The translations under genes and the position numbers were made by a program. Shown here piece after piece: positions 20,561 to 29,153 of a DNA stretch of 64,000 nt. The number at the start of each line of letters is the position of its first letter. Within the stretch, counting starts at the first letter, position 1. Below the pieces are notes generated by a model. That model was not told the origin of the DNA, ran no database searches, and saw nothing but the letters and a program-made list of their open reading frames with translations. The DNA comes from Promethearchaeota archaeon (GTDB lineage Archaea; Asgardarchaeota; Heimdallarchaeia; Hodarchaeales; Hodarchaeaceae): the NCBI GenBank assembly GCA_048938105.1, contig JBHLMN010000018.1, forward strand, positions 72,960-136,959. Direction: 5' to 3'.

Positions 20561-20710
20561 CTAGAGAGATTCGGTTTCAGAAGAAAAAGTAACCCTTTGT
20601 TTATCAGCTGATTCGAGATTAGATGGGATATTAACAAACAATGGACCGTTGAAATTAAGATATTCAATGATTGCATTAAGCTGGTGATAAAGAGAAGGTT
20701 CATGAGTCAT
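20561..20710 (-). CDS. Unannotated 49-aa peptide (paralog A): MTHEPSLYHQLNAIIEYLNFNGPLFVNIPSNLESADKQRVTFSSETESL
   Basis: ATG..TAG; 14/49 ungapped identities with 20278..20427 including YLN[FY]NGPL. Confidence 0.65.
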   Translation of the reverse strand: MTHEPSLYHQLNAIIEYLNFNGPLFVNIPSNLESADKQRVTFSSETESL

Positions 20711-20827
20711 TATACATCATCAATAGATAGACTTCACAGGTCTTTATAGACTCATAAGGTTTGATCTACTCCTCAAATGGTAAGAAATTATTTTATATCT
20801 ACCCGATAGTTTATATCTACCCATTGT

Positions 20828-21475
20828 TTGAGACGAATTCCCGTGAAAGAACTATCTCGCGGTGTCTTAATTGTTTTCGAGGGCATCGATGGATCTGGGA
20901 AGACCACACAAATCGAGAAAATAGCTCACCGGTTACGAAAACACACATATCCAGTCACAATAACTCACGAACCCAATCATAATTCCAAATGGGGACAATT
21001 AATTCAAAAAAAGGTGAAAAAGCATCGGGAGGAAGTGACTCCTGAAAAAGAGCTCGACTGGTATTTGAAAGACCGGGAATGGGATCTTCACCAAAATATC
21101 CTTCCAGCATTAGATAAAAAACACATTGTTTTAGTTGATCGTTATTATTTGTCAAATGCAGCATACCAAGGGGCTCTCAACATCTTTAGTCCTGAGTATG
21201 TCCTCCAAAAGAATTCTTTTGCACGGAAACCAGATTTGTGGATCCTTTTAGACGTAGCAGTTGAGATTGGCCAATCCCGAATCCGACAACGTGATAAACA
21301 AAATGAAGATCAGCTAGAGCAAGCTGATTACCAAGAAAAAGTAAGACAGAATTACAGACAATTGGCAACTATGAATATTGGGGGAAAAATTGAGTGGGTA
21401 GATGCCAGTGGTGAGGAAGATGAACTAACTCAAATCCTTGAAAAGATAATTCTGGATTTCTTGAAAGATATTTAA
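20828..21475 (+). CDS. tmk: Thymidylate (dTMP) kinase
   Basis: FEGIDGSGKTTQ P-loop, THEP, VDRYYLSNAAYQG, PDL..LLDV. Confidence 0.95.
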   Translation: MRRIPVKELSRGVLIVFEGIDGSGKTTQIEKIAHRLRKHTYPVTITHEPNHNSKWGQLIQKKVKKHREEVTPEKELDWYLKDREWDLHQNILPALDKKHIVLVDRYYLSNAAYQGALNIFSPEYVLQKNSFARKPDLWILLDVAVEIGQSRIRQRDKQNEDQLEQADYQEKVRQNYRQLATMNIGGKIEWVDASGEEDELTQILEKIILDFLKDI

Positions 21476-21478
21476 AAT

Positions 21479-21946
21479 CTACTTCCGAACAAGTTCTTTA
21501 GAAGCGTTTAAATAATGCTGTAAGTGAGTAATAGTGGTTTGGCGGAAAGCTTCAATTCTCTCCTTTCCTTCTGCGGTATCATACATGGCACTCGCTTGTT
21601 GTTGGATTTTAATGTCACGGATAAGTGAATTAAGGTCATTAAGTAATTTTTCATCCTTATCAAAAGCCATGTTTCTGATACGTACCAAAAGAGACAGTGC
21701 ATCTGTGAATCGAAGGTCATAGACCAATATAAGAGCTCGTATGAATAGACTCTGGGTTATTACTGTATTAGCGTTTGGGCCACTGTGCTCGATTCTCTTT
21801 AGAAACTGCATGGCGGTGTGAACCTGTCCTTCCTCGAGATAAGACTTAGCTAACATGAAATTTCTGAAATCGGATAACTCCATGACATTCTGTAAAGCAT
21901 TTTCTATTCGCTGAAGGGTAAGTCGAATTTCGGAATCAAGTACCAT
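21479..21946 (-). CDS. Hypothetical all-helical (TPR-like) protein
   Basis: 'LAKSYLEEGQVHTAMQFL' and 'RALILVYDLRFTDALSLL' helical-hairpin patterns. Confidence 0.55.
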   Translation of the reverse strand: MVLDSEIRLTLQRIENALQNVMELSDFRNFMLAKSYLEEGQVHTAMQFLKRIEHSGPNANTVITQSLFIRALILVYDLRFTDALSLLVRIRNMAFDKDEKLLNDLNSLIRDIKIQQQASAMYDTAEGKERIEAFRQTTITHLQHYLNASKELVRK

Positions 21947-22217
21947 AGCTTGTCACTTTTCGTCATTTACCTCATATTTTACCTTGAATAAAAAGATTTG
22001 TATCAAAAAAAAGGACATTATCTATCATTTTAAGGATTTTTTCCCATTATTCATTATCATAAGAACTCTGAACTTATTTCTAGAGACTTATTAGATTGAG
22101 AGGAGATATAATATGGATCTAGTAGGGTAGAACTTGAAATAACCCATCAAAATTTGATCTTGGTGATTCAACTCTCACATGAGAATTAAAAATCTCTCAT
22201 ATGAGTCAATAATCTTT

Positions 22218-22496
22218 CTATCTGACCCGTTTAATAATATGATATCCAAATTTCGTTTTTACTGGGATTTGTGTTATTTGGTTTTTCTGTAATGCAAAGG
22301 CTGCCTTCTCAAATTCCCTTACCATCGCCCCACGGCCAAATTCACCTAAATTACCTCCTTTTTTTCTGCTAGGACAAGTGGAATATTCCTTGGCAAGGTC
22401 TTCAAATCGTTTTCCAGCATTAATCTGTTCAATTAGATCCTCCGCGAGTACTTTCTTATCTACTAAGATATGTTTAGCAGTAATCTTGTTTGGCAT
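22218..22496 (-). CDS. ppiC: Parvulin-type peptidyl-prolyl cis-trans isomerase
   Basis: AKHILV, FEDLAKEYSTCPS..KGGNLG.F.RG.MV.EFE.AAF, VKTKFGYHII. Confidence 0.95.
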   Translation of the reverse strand: MPNKITAKHILVDKKVLAEDLIEQINAGKRFEDLAKEYSTCPSRKKGGNLGEFGRGAMVREFEKAAFALQKNQITQIPVKTKFGYHIIKRVR

Positions 22497-22635
22497 ATTT
22501 TTTCACCGTATAGTGGACAAATAAATTCATGATTTTCAAGATTTCGGAGAAGAAAAGGTAGTTATTATTTAGTGACTATCTAGAAACGATTCAAAGGTTT
22601 GTAGGATAAAATGAAATCATATTATAGTTCTATAA

Positions 22636-25600
22636 TCACCCGTATAATTTGGTCCAATCATAAGTTTGATTCGTAATCCAAGTGCGGTTCACAAAGAGAT
22701 GCATTGTATACCAACTGGTCAAACCCACTACATCGTCGACACAAACCAAATGTTCATTAGTGGTGAACCATTTATATGCTTCTGGATAGGCAATAGCATA
22801 CGGTGGAACATCATGATGTTCAGAGTTATTGATAATCACCCAAAACCTAATATTTTTATGCTGCTGATAATATAATTCCATTTGAAGCGAAGAATTATGG
22901 GAAAATGGGATATTGTAATAACGATTATTAGAATTACTATCTTCAATTTCGTATCCCAAGTAATATCGCATGGCGAATTGCGATCCAGCATCAGGAATAA
23001 CCCATGTACTATAGTTATAATCACCTCCATGATTTTTAATATAAATCGCTGATTCTTGAAATCGAAGGTCAAAGATTTGGTTGACATGGATTAGTACGGA
23101 AACATTAATCAACATAGCTGATAATGTTAACCCCAAAAAGATGAATGCTTGTGGTTTCACCTTAGGTTTTAACCAATACAGACCAAAAATTAGTAATATT
23201 AACCCAACAATGGTAGCTATAGGAGCCCCATGTTCAACCACATCTAGAACCCAACTAAGATCCATAGATAATATGGTTTCAAGCAAATCATGAAAAATGG
23301 TATTATACAATATTTGCAAACCATTATATTTGAACCAAGACTCTATGAAAAAGTCATATGCGAACCCAACTGCTATAATGCCAGGGAAGGTCTTTAAGTA
23401 TCGGAATGTTATGAATGTAAAGGGGATGAGATAAATAGCACTAATAAAGAGAAGAAATCCTAGATCTAATGCAATAACTTGGTCTATAAGAACAGATAGC
23501 TCTGTTCCTGCTAAAAAAGCAAAAGGAATGTTTACTAAATCCGAAACAGGGGTAATTAGATATTCAAAAGCAAAGGTAATGTAAAATATAAATCCTGCTA
23601 ATAATCGTTCTACATTGTCAACCACAGTCATTCTCCATTGGTCATTAGAATAAATAAATTCAAATCCTTTTGCAGCGATAGCAAGATATGGAATGGCTAG
23701 TGGAATATAATAATAATTGAGCTGGAATTGAGCTGGGAAGAATACAAAAGGAATAGTAATCAACCAGGCTAGAAGTGCAGAACCAAGAGCAGGATTGCGT
23801 TTACTTGAAAAGAAAAATGCAACAATACCTATAATAAAGAATGGTAGCATAACTACTAAGGCATAATCGTTGATAGCACTACCAACACTTTTGGGTAAAT
23901 CACCTGATTTGGTGGCATGAGTAAACCTCCAACCAATGTAATACTCGAAGAAGAGAAAAGTGTAAGTTACAGGATTAGGCCTCTTTGGATCTGAATACAA
24001 TTCTCCTGGGGTGCGAACAACCCAGGGAAAAGTTCCATTAGCGATATTCGTATCTAAATATTGAACCCAAGCAACAAAAGGCCAAAAACTAAAAATGATG
24101 AGAAGGATAGCAATTACTAGAAATAAAAGATGATTTGAGAAAGTAGACAATTCTTTAGGCGATCTTAAATGAGCATTTAGTTTGAAATGCTCTATGAAGA
24201 TATTCTTAATTTTTGGATAAGCAATCACTAAAGGAGTTAGTATTACAGTAATAATAGCACCAAAAAGGGTTATTAAAGAGGCATCCACACCATCCCGCCC
24301 CATAATGAGAAGTCCGACAAACCATACTCCTAATCCTCCACCAAGAATTACCAGCGGAAGTAAATCTATTCCTTCATAAATCACCCTTAGGAATTTTGAC
24401 TTACGATTAAACAGGTCTAAGAGAATTCCAGAAAGAAAAAAGACCGTTCCAAAGGTTAGAATGAGTCCGAAAATTGAAGCGACCATTTCGAGTAAAAGTA
24501 GAGCCAGCATTTCATTTGAAAAGAATTCAGAGAGGGGTTCAGAGATAAACTCAATAGGAATTAACTGAATCAAAAGATCAATTGAAAAGATATCCTCACT
24601 CCCTAAAGCATCTGCAAAAATAATAAAAGATTCCTCCAATCTGTCGTAAAAAATTCTGATAAATAAGGCTCCTATAAACCCAGCAATATACCCAGCAACC
24701 ACACCTGTAATCAAACCTTCCGATTGTAATTGACTTTTTTGTTTCACACAAGATCGAAAAAATACAATGTAAAAGCCGACGGCCGCTCCTAAAGCTAAAA
24801 TTATACTAGAGACAACTAATTGGTCAGTGAGAAACGCCCCAAAGAATGAACTAACACTAACAACAATAGCAACAATAAAAGGAAAGGGGATTCCGTTTTC
24901 AACATATTCAGACTGAATTAACAAATAAGGTTCCATATCCTTGCGAGAAATAGTAAACCGTTCAGAAATCTCTTGCCAGATAGCACGTAAATCATCAACA
25001 TTAATATGACGCTCGAGGTATCGAAATAGTAAATATACAACAATTGCGGGATAGGTAAGAATACCTTGCCAAGCTTTCGTTAAAATATTCAAGATATTTA
25101 CTACAATTGTAAGAAAAAGCAATAAATACCCTTTAAGGAGATTATTTTCAATAAAAATTGCATCAATAGCTCTTATTCCTAACAACATCACTAAAGCAGC
25201 CATAAAAACTACAAAGGAGTCGATATACGCAGTTCTCGAATAAAATGTGAGAAAATGAGCTAAAGCAACAAGTAAACCAGCAACAATAGCTGCACTTTTA
25301 TTCTCCAATTGATGACTATAGAGAAAATAAATTATCAACGCTAATCCTGCGCCACCTAAAATAACAATACCCTTGGCAGCGAACGTAGTTCTACCAAATA
25401 TGATCATGAGCAATGCTCCGCCCCAAAAAGCAACAGGAGGCTTATCAAAAAATAATAATTCATTATTATTTCCAGTATAATACATGGGTAAGAATGGGTC
25501 GGATAACCCATCAGCCATTCGACTTGCAATGGCAGTAAACCACCCTTCATCCCACATATCGGTGCTGTGAATAAAGGCCACCTTGACCCAGAATGCGAGT

Positions 25601-25722
25601 AAACCTATCACTACAATAAATCGAAATTGGACAATAATTGCCCAAACTTTCTTTATATAGCATAAAAAATTTGATGAGGGTTCTAAGGAATCTGTTACTT
25701 CTTCTTCTGACGCCATTGTCAT
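22636..25722 (-). CDS. Large GT-C (GT39/GT83, ArnT/PMT-like) membrane glycosyltransferase
   Basis: WDEGWF acidic motif, FFDKPP, YSRTAYID, LTK, YYYIP; many TMs. Start placed at ATG 25722 (MTMASEE) to avoid overlap with the divergent gene. Confidence 0.8.
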   Translation of the reverse strand: MTMASEEEVTDSLEPSSNFLCYIKKVWAIIVQFRFIVVIGLLAFWVKVAFIHSTDMWDEGWFTAIASRMADGLSDPFLPMYYTGNNNELLFFDKPPVAFWGGALLMIIFGRTTFAAKGIVILGGAGLALIIYFLYSHQLENKSAAIVAGLLVALAHFLTFYSRTAYIDSFVVFMAALVMLLGIRAIDAIFIENNLLKGYLLLFLTIVVNILNILTKAWQGILTYPAIVVYLLFRYLERHINVDDLRAIWQEISERFTISRKDMEPYLLIQSEYVENGIPFPFIVAIVVSVSSFFGAFLTDQLVVSSIILALGAAVGFYIVFFRSCVKQKSQLQSEGLITGVVAGYIAGFIGALFIRIFYDRLEESFIIFADALGSEDIFSIDLLIQLIPIEFISEPLSEFFSNEMLALLLLEMVASIFGLILTFGTVFFLSGILLDLFNRKSKFLRVIYEGIDLLPLVILGGGLGVWFVGLLIMGRDGVDASLITLFGAIITVILTPLVIAYPKIKNIFIEHFKLNAHLRSPKELSTFSNHLLFLVIAILLIIFSFWPFVAWVQYLDTNIANGTFPWVVRTPGELYSDPKRPNPVTYTFLFFEYYIGWRFTHATKSGDLPKSVGSAINDYALVVMLPFFIIGIVAFFFSSKRNPALGSALLAWLITIPFVFFPAQFQLNYYYIPLAIPYLAIAAKGFEFIYSNDQWRMTVVDNVERLLAGFIFYITFAFEYLITPVSDLVNIPFAFLAGTELSVLIDQVIALDLGFLLFISAIYLIPFTFITFRYLKTFPGIIAVGFAYDFFIESWFKYNGLQILYNTIFHDLLETILSMDLSWVLDVVEHGAPIATIVGLILLIFGLYWLKPKVKPQAFIFLGLTLSAMLINVSVLIHVNQIFDLRFQESAIYIKNHGGDYNYSTWVIPDAGSQFAMRYYLGYEIEDSNSNNRYYNIPFSHNSSLQMELYYQQHKNIRFWVIINNSEHHDVPPYAIAYPEAYKWFTTNEHLVCVDDVVGLTSWYTMHLFVNRTWITNQTYDWTKLYG

Positions 25723-25806
25723 CTGTCCTTCCAAGAAGAAAGAGACATTTAAGTTACTTGCTAGATTATTTACTAAAAGAAATACTCGAAAATAGAAGTG
25801 AAATCT

Positions 25807-26223
25807 ATGCCTTTCTGGGTCTATATGCTCTTCGTTGGAGATCAATCTCATGGGTTCAATCGAAAAATTTATACTGGCTCTACAGGTCGCATAACGACGC
25901 GAATAGTACAACATTGTGGATTGACTACCACCAAAGGGGCACGACTTACCCGACGACAGCCAATAGAACTTGTTTATTTGGAAAAGTATTCATCACGCAA
26001 GAATGCGATGAAACGTGAATACCAACTCAAACATGAGAGTCCTTTTAATCAAAAAAAACACAAACTCATGCTTATTAGAGAATTTAAACTTAAAAATGGT
26101 CAGATTTTACAGGAATTAAATAATAAACTTATAGAACACTTTGAATTTCTAGCTAGCCTTATTAAAATGATGAAAAGTGTTGAAAAACGGCTTATTAATG
26201 AAATAGATATTGCCTCATCATGA
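25807..26223 (+). CDS. Stand-alone GIY-YIG nuclease (UPF0213/SLX1-like)
   Basis: WVYML...IYTGST..ITTRIVQH...KGARLTR..PIELVYLE...AMKREYQLK. Confidence 0.9.
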   Translation: MPFWVYMLFVGDQSHGFNRKIYTGSTGRITTRIVQHCGLTTTKGARLTRRQPIELVYLEKYSSRKNAMKREYQLKHESPFNQKKHKLMLIREFKLKNGQILQELNNKLIEHFEFLASLIKMMKSVEKRLINEIDIASS

Positions 26224-26346
26224 GGATAGGAATATTTTACATAATTGATAGAACTCTAAATAAAACATACGAGGTGAAATTAAGTTAGCTTTAAGAAAAT
26301 AAAATTGAGAGGAACATCCTCTGAAGTTAGGAAGTGAAACTGCGTT

Positions 26347-27822
26347 ATGATAAATGAACTCTTATTGATTCTTTTTTTGCTTATTATTCTAACAATCGTT
26401 ATAATGCGACGAATGGAAATTGTGCCATGCTTAATATTTTGGTTGATGGCAAGGGATATCACAAGTGAGGACGATTCTTCTCTAATTACTCCTGATCTCG
26501 GATTATCTGTAGAATTTGTTGAAATTCCAACAAAAGAAAGACCATTAACTGCATTGTACTTTCCCAGCAAAATCGCTTCTACTGCAGGCATTTTAATGAT
26601 CCCAAATTGGTTTCAAAAAGAAGATCAGAAAAATAGTCTCAAAGTTGCCAATATTTTGCATACAATTGGATTTAACATCTTACTTCCTCTTTATCACTGG
26701 GATTTGGATGAAAGACATGAATTAGTATTTCAAAAAAGAAGTGTATGTCCAAAAGAGTATCAAGGAGTAATTGAGGAGGCTTATGAATATTTTATCACCC
26801 GATCTGAAATTAATAAACGAAGCGTCGGGATTTGGAGTAACGCTACTGGTACAATTCTCGCTTGTCAGCTTGTAAAGAATTCCCCTATCAAAGCAGTTGT
26901 TTTAGAGGATGGCCCAGTAAGCCTCTGGAACAATGTCGCAGCAATGTTACAGGAAAAGAGGTTTCTAAAACATCTCACCAAATTTGTTATAATTCCAATA
27001 TTATTTCCCTTCCTTTGGCGAACTAGGTGGCAAAGTAACAACGCAGTTAAAGATCTTAGAGCATGTCCAAGTTTCCTTATAGCCATACGTGAGGATCCTC
27101 GCAAGAAGTTGTGGCAAACATATACTAAGCTTTTTTCCAGTCAGTTATGGTATGAACATGCTTTGCACCCTAAAGACATTAGTGATACTTGGATTCAAGA
27201 ATATTTTATGCAGGTACGAAATTTTTATGAGTACTGGTTACTCGAGCAAACATCACAGCAACCAGAGTTCCATTACGATTTTTCGGTAGAACGTAAGAAA
27301 AAAGGTAAATTTCCAGTAGAAGTTCGAGTTTCAGCTATTCCTCCACAATTAGACGATGTTCCCCTTCAAATCATACTTTCTGATGGTGTTCGCTTTAATG
27401 AACTCCGCATATGGTTTAGTGGCGCAACGAGGACAATTACTTATTCATTAGATTTTAAACCAAATAATATGTCTGCCATTCAATTCACAAATGTTGAACT
27501 AAAAAAACATACTCAACATCAAAAGACACGCTGGATCAAAAGAGATGCTGAAAAAGCATTATTTACGACAATTGAGAAGATAATCAATTCTCCTCCTAAT
27601 AAAATTACTGAACAAATGGATCGTTATTTCTTCCTAAAAAGTATATTGTTAAATGAACAACAACTTCAAGAAGAGGCCCGAGAAACCTTAAAAACATCGA
27701 TAACGTCTAATTATTGGAAAACTCTTGTGAGTAGAGAAGCTGATACGCGAATGATCGCTCAAGAAGATATTGATTCTCTAATTTCGATATCGAGCCCCGA
27801 AAGTGCCTTTCTGAGAGGCTAA
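26347..27822 (+). CDS. Membrane-anchored alpha/beta-hydrolase-fold protein, probably degenerate active site
   Basis: N-terminal TM; 'EINKRSVGIWSNATGTILA' at the nucleophile elbow (no GxSxG Ser); 'IKAVVLED'. Confidence 0.5.
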   Translation: MINELLLILFLLIILTIVIMRRMEIVPCLIFWLMARDITSEDDSSLITPDLGLSVEFVEIPTKERPLTALYFPSKIASTAGILMIPNWFQKEDQKNSLKVANILHTIGFNILLPLYHWDLDERHELVFQKRSVCPKEYQGVIEEAYEYFITRSEINKRSVGIWSNATGTILACQLVKNSPIKAVVLEDGPVSLWNNVAAMLQEKRFLKHLTKFVIIPILFPFLWRTRWQSNNAVKDLRACPSFLIAIREDPRKKLWQTYTKLFSSQLWYEHALHPKDISDTWIQEYFMQVRNFYEYWLLEQTSQQPEFHYDFSVERKKKGKFPVEVRVSAIPPQLDDVPLQIILSDGVRFNELRIWFSGATRTITYSLDFKPNNMSAIQFTNVELKKHTQHQKTRWIKRDAEKALFTTIEKIINSPPNKITEQMDRYFFLKSILLNEQQLQEEARETLKTSITSNYWKTLVSREADTRMIAQEDIDSLISISSPESAFLRG

Positions 27823-27888
27823 GCTTTTATCAGAGTTTTTCGCTTGAAAAAGAGTAAGATGAGACATTCGTACGATATAGGTTTGTAA

Positions 27889-28188
27889 CTAGGGATTCCT
27901 GATATGATTACCTTTAACTGGAACTTCTTTATAAATAGGAAACTGACACGCATCACAAAAAGGTTCTTCTTGTATCAGTAATGTACAAAAGTAAGCTGAT
28001 CTCTTTTCCACATCCCTGGTAAAGTGAAGACATTCTATATTGTAGTTTTTCCGTTCAACTTCATCAAAATCTCCAACTTCCCCTTGAATATATTCTCCAC
28101 ACTTGGGAGGACATGCTTTTATCCAATCTTTGAATTTAAGACAATACCCCACTTTTCCTCCAAGCAAAAAAACACAGTTTCGAAACAT
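27889..28188 (-). CDS. Small Cys-rich protein (8 Cys), paralog of 40511..40795
   Basis: C..YCL..K....CPxxC..YIQG...Y..ECxH...FC...EPxCxxC. Confidence 0.7.
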   Translation of the reverse strand: MFRNCVFLLGGKVGYCLKFKDWIKACPPKCGEYIQGEVGDFDEVERKNYNIECLHFTRDVEKRSAYFCTLLIQEEPFCDACQFPIYKEVPVKGNHIRNP

Positions 28189-28531
28189 ATGTGTGGAACC
28201 CTTCTACATAGTATGATTACTGACTGACTATTAAATACTCACAATTATTAATGAAATTGATTAGCAGAAGACTTGACATATCCTGATTTATTGAATGAAA
28301 TATTAACAAGAATATACCGTAAATACTTAATCCCCTTGAGATACTCAAGATAATCTAACAATCTTTCTGATGGTATCTGAGAAACCATTATTATCTGGAT
28401 TCAAGGTGATTTTTTCTTATTTGAAGCTTCTGTACCTCAATTAGAACATTGATCTGAAAAACTATTCATCTTGCCAATAATCATAAATTTAAATACCCTA
28501 AAATCATATTATCAAAGAAATTGAAAGAGGT

Positions 28532-28879
28532 TTGTTAATGACAGAAATGATTGCTTATTGTGGATTAAATTGCGAACAGTGTCCCGCGTTCATTGCGAAA
28601 CAGACGGATGATCAAGCACTCAGGGAAAAAACAGCAAAAGAGTGGTCAGGAGGAGGATTTGTGGTTACAGCGGATCAAATTAACTGTGATGGGTGCCATG
28701 CTCGTGAGAACACCTTCGTTTATTGCACACAATGTGCTGTACGAAATTGTGGTATTGAGAAAGGACTAACCACTTGTGCTGACTGCAGTGATTATCCCTA
28801 TACAGATAAATTAGAAACCTTATGGAAGCAATTCAGCATTCCTCATGCAAAAGAAACATTAGATAAACTCCGTAATTAA
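28532..28879 (+). CDS. DUF3795 Cys-rich (putative Fe-S/Zn) protein
   Basis: IAYCGLNCEQCPA...INCDGC...CTQCAVRNC...TCADCSDYP. Confidence 0.85.
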   Translation: MLMTEMIAYCGLNCEQCPAFIAKQTDDQALREKTAKEWSGGGFVVTADQINCDGCHARENTFVYCTQCAVRNCGIEKGLTTCADCSDYPYTDKLETLWKQFSIPHAKETLDKLRN

Positions 28880-28932
28880 AATAAACTACAAAAAGAGGTT
28901 ATCAATAATCACTTCCCCTTTCTCAGCTGAAT

Positions 28933-29055
28933 TTAATGTATAGGATCATCTTTTCTTTTTTCTTCCACGGAATGTTGGAATAGGAATCCACAATTAGAAC
29001 AATGACTACTTGTACTAAGATTACTGAAATTACGCTGTGGACAAATCTTTGGCAC
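28933..29055 (-). pseudogene. Degenerate zinc-ribbon remnant (VPKICPQRNFSNLSTSSHCSNCGFLF...)
   Basis: CPxC-x10-CxNCG zinc-ribbon spacing with second Cys replaced by Arg (CGT). Confidence 0.45.
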
Positions 29056-29153
29056 TTCGGATACTTACTTGGAAATGAAACTAGGTTTTAGAAAATATCA
29101 TTTATCTTCAAATTAATCATTAGGAGAAAAAATAGAGAAGAGGGAGGAAAAAA

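Noticed and set aside
20458-20703. 81-aa ORF from the track (MNLLFITSLMQ...)
   Set aside because: Overlaps the 49-aa peptide in another frame; the 49-aa frame has paralog support, this one has none
25723-25914. N-terminal extension of the GT-C ORF
   Set aside because: Overlaps the divergent GIY-YIG gene; start at 25722 leaves a normal divergent spacer
25807-26223. GIY-YIG as homing endonuclease or mobile element
   Set aside because: Short UPF0213/SLX1-like form, no intron/intein context or DNA-binding extension
28255-28450. Possible ATPase pseudogene fragment ('NLSDGI*ETIIIW')
   Set aside because: Only a four-residue motif among multiple stops; insufficient without a search
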